Assembly (NCBI RefSeq): GCF_000007145.1
Contig: NC_003902.1
Span: 4,586,497 to 4,618,496 of the forward strand
Direction of reading: 5' to 3'
Length of the DNA: 32,000 bases
DNA from: Xanthomonas campestris pv. campestris str. ATCC 33913
Lineage (GTDB): Bacteria; Pseudomonadota; Gammaproteobacteria; Xanthomonadales; Xanthomonadaceae
Of the stretch, positions 24,954-32,000 are shown piece by piece. Positions within the stretch are counted from its first letter, which is position 1; each line of letters opens with the position of its first letter. The position numbers and the translations under genes were made by a program. The notes beneath the pieces were generated by a model. That model made no database searches. It was given only the letters and a program-made list of their open reading frames with translations, and was not told the DNA's origin.

Positions 24954-25023
24954 CTGGATAGCTCAGTTGGGTAGAGCAGCGGATTCACCTCCGTGAGTCG
25001 CGGGTTCGAATCCCGCTCCACCA
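24954..25023 (+). ncRNA. tRNA-like element 2 (canonical D- and T-arms, CCA end; 6-nt central loop and only a 4-bp acceptor)
   Basis: The D-arm is TA-GCTC-AGTTGGGTA-GAGC and the T-arm is GCGGG-TTCGAAT-CCCGC. The central arm is GCGGA-TTCACC-TCCGT (6-nt loop). The 3' strand TCCACCA pairs with the 5' strand only over TGGA/TCCA. It starts directly after the CCA of element 1. The body resembles a tRNA-Phe-type scaffold (GGATAGCTCAGT.GGTAGAGCAG.GGATT). Confidence 0.55.
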
Positions 25024-25381
25024 TGACCTTTCACGTCATGCACCACGGGACGCATGTCCCAACTCCAGGAAACGCCCTTGCCTGGTGTAAGCGCACACCC
25101 GTGCGCGGCCACCAGACAGCGGCGCTGTCGCCGGGCCTGTGGCCTGACGCTGCCTTCCCTGCAGTGCGCCTGGCTGTGCGGTTCGCCGTGTTGGTCATGC
25201 GCGGTGCGGCGGCAGCGCCAGCCCACCGTGCTCCGCCACCGCGCTGTCACGGGCGTTTCCTTCTTTTTCTTGCTTGCGCCGCGTTGCATCGGCAATGGCT
25301 TCGTCCCGGTTCCGATCCGGGGAACGAGGCGTGCGTGTGTGCCCGGATCGGATCACCAGAGCCAACCCAAGGAGACATGCC

Positions 25382-26503
25382 ATGTTCTGGACCAAGAAGG
25401 TCGTGATCGGTGACGGCGACCGCGGCCTGGTGTATCGCGACCGGCGCTTTGCGCGCCTGCTCATGCCCGGCGTTTATCGCCTGTTCGACCCGTTGCATCG
25501 CCTGACCATCACGCTGCATGCGGTGGGCAATGGCGCCCCGGTAGGGGCCGAGGCCGAGCGGCTGATCGAGGCGCTGGGCCCGCAGCTGGAGACGCACTGC
25601 GTGCTCGCCGACATCGGTGCGCACCAGGTCGGCCTGCTGCTGCGCAACGGCGTCCTCGACGGCGTACTGCCGCCGGGTTCGCGCACGCTGTACTGGCGTG
25701 GGGCCACCCCCGTGTCCGTGCAGGTGCTGCCGCTCAGCGATGGGCTGCAGGTGCCAACGGATGTGCAGCGCCGGCTGCGCCAGCTCGGCACACTGTCGAA
25801 GGTGGCGAGCTGCGTTGAGGTGCCGGCCGATTCGGTCGGCCTGGTCTCGGTGGATGGCACGCTCGCACCACCGCTGCCACCCGGGGCGTATGCGTTCTGG
25901 AATTTCCAGAACACCGTGGTGACCGAAGTGGTCGACCTGCGCGTGCAATCGGTCGAAGTCTCCGGCCAGGAGCTGCTGACCCGCGACAAGGTGTCGTTGC
26001 GGGTCAACCTGGCTGCCAGCATGCGCATCACCGATGCGGTGGCCATGCGCACCCGCGTGGCCAAGGCCGGTGATTTGCTGTATCGCGAACTGCAATACGG
26101 GCTGCGCCGTGCGGTGGCCAGCAAGACGCTGGACGAGTTGCTGGGCGACAAGGCATCGCTGGACGCCGACATCGTGGCGCATGTGCGTAGCAGCGTGCAC
26201 GGCTTCGGCATCGAAGTGCTGGGCGTGGGCGTCAAGGACGTGATCCTGCCCGGCGAGATGCGCGCCATCCTCAATGCCGTGGTGCAGGCAGAGAAGCAGG
26301 CGCAAGCCAATGTGATCCGCCGGCGCGAAGAAGCCAATGCCACGCGTTCACTGCTCAACACTGCAAAGTTGATCGAGGAAAGCAGCGTGCTGATGCGGTT
26401 GAAGGAACTGGAGGCCTTGGAAAAGGTCACCGAAAAGATCGACACGCTCACCGTGTTCGGCGGCCTGGATGGCGTGCTGAAGCAGCTGGTGACGCTGCGC
26501 TGA
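25382..26503 (+). CDS. SPFH/band-7 (stomatin/slipin-like) domain protein with an uncharacterised ~170-aa N-terminal region
   Basis: The gene is 373 aa from ATG 25382, with AAGGAG 7 nt upstream. The SPFH core reads VSGQELLTRDKVSLRVNLAASMRI ... FGIEVLGVGVKDVILPGEMRAILNAVVQAEKQAQANVIRRREE and is followed by a coiled-coil tail. I see no obvious N-terminal transmembrane helix. Confidence 0.85.
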   Translation: MFWTKKVVIGDGDRGLVYRDRRFARLLMPGVYRLFDPLHRLTITLHAVGNGAPVGAEAERLIEALGPQLETHCVLADIGAHQVGLLLRNGVLDGVLPPGSRTLYWRGATPVSVQVLPLSDGLQVPTDVQRRLRQLGTLSKVASCVEVPADSVGLVSVDGTLAPPLPPGAYAFWNFQNTVVTEVVDLRVQSVEVSGQELLTRDKVSLRVNLAASMRITDAVAMRTRVAKAGDLLYRELQYGLRRAVASKTLDELLGDKASLDADIVAHVRSSVHGFGIEVLGVGVKDVILPGEMRAILNAVVQAEKQAQANVIRRREEANATRSLLNTAKLIEESSVLMRLKELEALEKVTEKIDTLTVFGGLDGVLKQLVTLR

Positions 26504-26560
26504 TGATCGTCGTGTGCGGTGGACGGATCCGCCGCGCACGGCCCCAAAGGAATGAGAACA

Positions 26561-27781
26561 ATGAACACACACACCTACGAATTTCTGCATGCCGATGGCA
26601 CCTCCACGCCGATCAAGGGCTGGGTGCGCGGCGTACCGCTGGAAGAACAGGCGCTTGCACAGCTGCGCAACATCGCCGCCGTACCCTTTGTCGGGCCGTG
26701 GGTGGCGGTGATGCCCGACGTGCACCTGGGCAAGGGCGCAACCGTGGGCTCGGTGATCCCGACCCGCGGCGCCATCATCCCGGCTGCGGTCGGGGTGGAC
26801 ATCGGCTGTGGCATGGCCGCAGTGCGCACCACGCTGCGTGCCAAGGATCTGCCCGACAACCTGGCCCAGCTGCGCTCCAGCATCGAGCGCAGCGTGCCGG
26901 TGGGCAATGGCCGTGGTGGCGAACACCGTAACCTTCCGGACAGCATCGCCACGCGCATTGCACAGTCCGGGCTGGTGCAGCGCCTGGAGGCGATCAAGCA
27001 GACCCATCGGCGCATCCGTACCGACAAGCTGGAGTGCCAGATCGGCACGTTGGGCGGTGGCAATCACTTCATCGAGATCTGCCTGGACGAAACCGATGCG
27101 GTCTGGGTGATGCTGCACAGCGGCTCGCGTGGCACCGGCAACCTGATCGGCACCTATTTCATCGAGCGGGCGCGTGAGCAGCTGGCCAACCGCGTGCTGG
27201 GCTTTCATTTGCCCGACAAGGACCTCGCATTCTTCATGCAAGGCGAGCCGTTGTTCGATGAGTACGTGGAAGCGGTGTCGTGGGCGCAGGATTACGCCCG
27301 CGAAAACCGCGAGGCGATGATGGCGCGGGTATTGGCGGAAATGCGCCACCGCCTGCCGAAGTTCCAGCTGGAAAAGCTGGCGGTGAACTGTCACCACAAC
27401 TACGTGCAGAAGGAAACGCACGGCGGCGAGGAACTGTTGATCACCCGCAAGGGCGCAGTCAGTGCGCGCACCGGCGAGCTGGGCATCATTCCCGGCAGCA
27501 TGGGTACGCGTAGCTACATCGTGCGCGGGCTCGGCAACGCGGAGAGCTTCCACAGCTGCAGCCATGGTGCGGGCCGGGTCATGAGCCGGACCGCCGCGCG
27601 TCAGCAGATCACGCTGGCGCAGCACCGCGAAGCAACTGCGCATGTGGAATGCCGCAAGGATGCGGCGGTCATCGACGAATCGCCGGCGGCGTACAAGTCG
27701 ATCGACGCCGTGATGGCCGCGCAGCAGGATCTGGTGGAAGTGCTGCACACACTGCGCCAGGTGGTGTGCATCAAGGGGTGA
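26561..27781 (+). CDS. rtcB: RNA 3'-phosphate/2',3'-cyclic phosphate--5'-OH ligase RtcB
   Basis: The gene is 406 aa from ATG 26561, with AAAGGAA about 9 nt upstream. It contains MPDVHLGKGATVGSVIP, DIGCGM, GGGNHFIE, MLHSGSRGTGN, IPGSMGT, SCSHGAGR and the C-terminal HTLRQVVCIKG. It is co-linear with E. coli RtcB and lies 57 nt downstream of the SPFH gene. Confidence 0.95.
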   Translation: MNTHTYEFLHADGTSTPIKGWVRGVPLEEQALAQLRNIAAVPFVGPWVAVMPDVHLGKGATVGSVIPTRGAIIPAAVGVDIGCGMAAVRTTLRAKDLPDNLAQLRSSIERSVPVGNGRGGEHRNLPDSIATRIAQSGLVQRLEAIKQTHRRIRTDKLECQIGTLGGGNHFIEICLDETDAVWVMLHSGSRGTGNLIGTYFIERAREQLANRVLGFHLPDKDLAFFMQGEPLFDEYVEAVSWAQDYARENREAMMARVLAEMRHRLPKFQLEKLAVNCHHNYVQKETHGGEELLITRKGAVSARTGELGIIPGSMGTRSYIVRGLGNAESFHSCSHGAGRVMSRTAARQQITLAQHREATAHVECRKDAAVIDESPAAYKSIDAVMAAQQDLVEVLHTLRQVVCIKG

Positions 27782-27785
27782 GCGA

Positions 27786-27808
27786 GGGCCGCGCAAGCGG
27801 CCCTTTTT
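27786..27808 (+). terminator. Intrinsic terminator of the SPFH-rtcB operon
   Basis: GGGCCGC-GCAA-GCGGCCC (GNRA loop) is followed by TTTTT. It starts 5 nt after the rtcB stop. Confidence 0.85.
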
Positions 27809-27981
27809 CATTGCGCGCGCGAAGGCAGCGAACTCATCCGGGTCTGCGCGTGCACAGTTCAGTCATGTCGTGGCCGCACTCACATCCACGCACACACGTT
27901 TCACTCCTGCGACGCCATCGTGACGCCACATTCGCGGACCTGCAGTATCAGGACGCGTCCTTGAAGCAACCCGGAGGCGAC

Positions 27982-28779
27982 ATGCACAGCTACGACAAGC
28001 AGGAACGCAAGGCAGAAGCGCAAGATCTCAACCGCGACCCGATCTCCGGCACGCCCGGCTCCCATCCGGTGGGCGTGGGCGTGGGCGGCATTGCCGGTGG
28101 TGCGGCCGCAGGCGCGCTGGCGGGCACGGTGTTTGGCCCGCTGGGCACGCTGATCGGCGCCGCAGCAGGTGTGGTGGCTGGCGCTGCCGCCGGCAAGGGC
28201 GTCGCCGAACGGCTAGACCCCACGGTGGAAACCGAATACTGGCGCCAGGAGCATCGCAACCGCCCTTACTACAAGGAAGGCACCGACTACGATCGCGACT
28301 ACGCCACCGTTTACGGATTCGGCCTGCAGGCGCGCGAAACCCGCCCCACCAGCACCTGGGAAGAGACCGAAGCCACGCTGGCAGGCGAATGGCCGCGCAA
28401 CCGCGGTGAATCGCGTCTGGAGTGGGACGAAGCCCGTTTGGCCTCGCGTGATGCCTGGGACCGTGCGGATCGCACTCACACCGTGTATCGCGACAACGAC
28501 ACCCACTACCAGAGCCGCTTCGACAGCGTGGGTTACCGCGAAGCCGATTACTCCTACGATGACTATCGCCCTGCGTACCGCTATGGCATGCAGGCGCGCC
28601 AGCAACACGCCGGCCGCCAATGGGATGACCATCTGGAACGCGACCTGGGCGACGGCTGGGACCGCTTCAAGGCGGATTCGCGCCTGAGCTGGGAAAAAGC
28701 CAAGCATGCCGTGCGCGAGGCCTTCGACTCGGATCGTCACGACGGCTCGGTGCGGCACACCGATGACACCCGTCTCTAA
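27982..28779 (+). CDS. Hypothetical protein: glycine-zipper segment followed by an internally duplicated W/Y/D/R-rich region
   Basis: The gene is 265 aa from ATG 27982, with GGAGG 4 nt upstream. The Gly-zipper is GVGVGGIAGGAAAGALAGTVFGPLGTLIGAAAGVVAGAAAGKG. Two rounds of paired motifs follow: (YWRQEHRNRPYY..DYATVYGFGLQARE / YDDYRPAYRYGMQARQ) and (TWEETEATLAGEW..LEWDEARLASRDAWDR / QWDDHLERDLGDGWDRF..LSWEKAKHAVREAFD). Confidence 0.8.
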   Translation: MHSYDKQERKAEAQDLNRDPISGTPGSHPVGVGVGGIAGGAAAGALAGTVFGPLGTLIGAAAGVVAGAAAGKGVAERLDPTVETEYWRQEHRNRPYYKEGTDYDRDYATVYGFGLQARETRPTSTWEETEATLAGEWPRNRGESRLEWDEARLASRDAWDRADRTHTVYRDNDTHYQSRFDSVGYREADYSYDDYRPAYRYGMQARQQHAGRQWDDHLERDLGDGWDRFKADSRLSWEKAKHAVREAFDSDRHDGSVRHTDDTRL

Positions 28780-28823
28780 GGGAGCGCGCTACGTGTAGCG
28801 CAATGCGTTGCACGCGGATGGCT

Positions 28824-28859
28824 AACAACAACGGGCCCAGTGGGCCCGTTATTGTTTTC
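28824..28859. terminator. Intrinsic terminator after the glycine-zipper gene
   Basis: AACAACGGGCCC-AGT-GGGCCCGTTATTGTT forms a long stem with a GC core and runs into TTTTC. Confidence 0.75.
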
Positions 28860-29068
28860 AAGTCTTGCGAGCCTGTCTTGCTGCGCGGCAACGCGCGTGT
28901 TTTGACCCGCCTCGGCAAGTGCAGCTTAGAGCGGCTAACAAAACGTAGCGAGCAGTCGTCAGGTGGGTGCGCACGGCGCGGAGGAACCGGAATGTACGTG
29001 GGTACATGCCGATTCCGAGCACCGGCCGCGCCCGCCTGACGGCTGCGCAGTCGTTTTGATAGCTGCTC

Positions 29069-31050
<1,982 letters not shown>

Positions 31051-31131
31051 GGCATTCCCCTCATGGCAGGTTGTCACTGGCGTGATGCACGCATCGCATG
31101 CCATGCCCCGCTGTCTACCGCGCCGTGTCTG

Positions 31132-31296
31132 CTACTTCAGCAGCAGGTAGAACCCGAACACGATCAGCAGGACAACGACCAGGCTGACCAACATGCGCCC
31201 GCCACGTAGCTCCAACAGGGCGTGCCACCAGACGCGTGCTTCGGGGGTGCCGCTTGCGTGATGCGGCTTTGAACTGCGGTTATCGCTGTCCTGCAT
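31132..31296 (-). CDS. Small membrane protein (54 aa; 60 aa if started at 31314)
   Basis: The sequence is MQDSDNRSSKPHHASGTPEARVWWHALLELRGGR followed by a single C-terminal TM helix MLVSLVVVLLIVFGFYLLLK. GGAGAG lies 8 nt upstream of ATG 31296. The gene sits 81 nt upstream of the DUF3182-like gene on the same strand. Confidence 0.45.
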   Translation of the reverse strand: MQDSDNRSSKPHHASGTPEARVWWHALLELRGGRMLVSLVVVLLIVFGFYLLLK

Positions 31297-31706
31297 CCTG
31301 AGTGCTCTCTCCATCGCTCCAAGCGTCCACCTTAACGATCAGACGTTACACAGGTGTGGAGCGGTTCAGAATCTTCCGTGAAATGACGCAGTGCGCGCGC
31401 CATTTCGCACAATCAATGCAGGCAACCCGACGCTGTTGCTCCACCGCGCGCAGTGCGCAGTTCAGCGATGCGCCGTAACGTGGCTGCAATCGGCACTGAA
31501 ACGCCGCAGTGCCTGGTGGAAGGTGCGGCACATGTGCACGCAAGGTGTTCGCAGGTGAGTTGCGTTGGCACGCTGTGCAGGCGCGGCGCAAAAAGCTGAC
31601 TAATTAAGCAAACCCTGGCAAACGCAGCGCTGAATTGTCGCGTTCGATGATCATTTGTTGACATACCTGCAGTTACTCTGCGCGTCAAGTTTGTTTAACC
31701 CGGAAC

Positions 31707-31997
31707 ATGCAAGTCATGAGCAGAGATCCCTCCGTCATCGATGTACAAGCCGAAATCGCGCATTGGCAGGCGCGGCATGCCCAAGGCAATCTCGGCGCCG
31801 GCAAGTTCAGCGAATTGTCGCCGGTTGTGAAGATGGCCTGCGACATCTATCTGCAGGCACCGCGTTCCAGCGACCAGGAACGTTTGAGGCTGTTTCGCGA
31901 CCGTCTGGAACATCACTTCATTTCGTCGAGCACGCAGTCGAACTACGAACAGTTGGCCACTGACTGCTGGCAGCGTCTGGGCAATCGCACAAGTTGA
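31707..31997 (+). CDS. Hypothetical protein (96 aa; alternative start 31716)
   Basis: This intact ORF lies in a lower-GC stretch and has no clear RBS. The segment AEIAHWQARHAQG...FSELSPVVKMACDIY loosely resembles the YWRQEHRNRPYY...DYATVYGFG motif of the 27982-28779 protein. The evidence is weak. Confidence 0.4.
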   Translation: MQVMSRDPSVIDVQAEIAHWQARHAQGNLGAGKFSELSPVVKMACDIYLQAPRSSDQERLRLFRDRLEHHFISSSTQSNYEQLATDCWQRLGNRTS

Positions 31998-32000
31998 TCG

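Noticed and set aside
24885-25023. Canonical tRNA genes, tmRNA or selenocysteine tRNA as explanations for the T-arm/CCA signatures
   Set aside because: I could draw no 7-nt anticodon loop for either element. There is no tmRNA 5' GGGG acceptor partner, no tag-peptide reading frame (no ANDxxYALAA-like codons) and no pseudoknot-sized body. There is no long variable arm or 8-bp acceptor as in tRNA-Sec, even though both central loops contain TCA. They are therefore reported as tRNA-like ncRNAs, pending tRNAscan-SE/Infernal.
25024-25381. A sigma54 (-24/-12) promoter upstream of SPFH-rtcB, as in RtcR-controlled rtcBA operons
   Set aside because: The nearest candidate, TGGCCTGACGCTGCC, has GG-GC spacing one base too short and a poor -12 element. 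No rtcR-like activator gene is present in the window.
25247-27811. Minus-strand ORFs 25247..26305, 25474..26574 and 26348..27811
   Set aside because: They lie antisense to the SPFH and rtcB genes. Their composition is low-complexity and no RBS or motifs are present.

Overview
This is a GC-rich (roughly two-thirds G+C by eye) bacterial chromosomal segment. Gene content and order look like a Xanthomonas-type gammaproteobacterium: divergent speA/speE, glnB, ubiK-comM, blc, a CSS-EAL phosphodiesterase, and a desaturase-reductase pair with a divergent TetR. That placement is inference; no search was run. I support 25 protein-coding genes (three are low-confidence small ORFs), several intrinsic terminators, three short-unit tandem repeat arrays and a decayed gene-tail duplication. 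Most of the window is housekeeping backbone, but four stretches stand out. (1) 957-8953 holds an orphan single-module NRPS (C-A-T-TE) translationally coupled to a GT1 glycosyltransferase, with a nearby membrane O-acyltransferase and a lower-GC upstream region. (2) 24300-27810 holds about 1 kb of protein-free, hairpin-dense DNA directly upstream of an SPFH-RtcB (RNA ligase) operon that has no rtcA, rtcR or rsr. That stretch contains a terminator-bounded sRNA/small-ORF candidate and two abutting tRNA-shaped elements that keep D-arm, T-arm and CCA ends but lack a 7-nt anticodon loop. (3) 23630-24301 is a UdgX-type uracil-DNA glycosylase-family gene (GEQPG plus KRRLH). (4) 29069-31296 holds an overlapping DUF3182-like/alpha-beta hydrolase pair with a tiny membrane protein. 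I recognised no rRNA, canonical tRNA, CRISPR array, transposase or integrase. All family assignments come from motif recognition by eye and recalled reference sequences; none was verified by a database search or covariance model.
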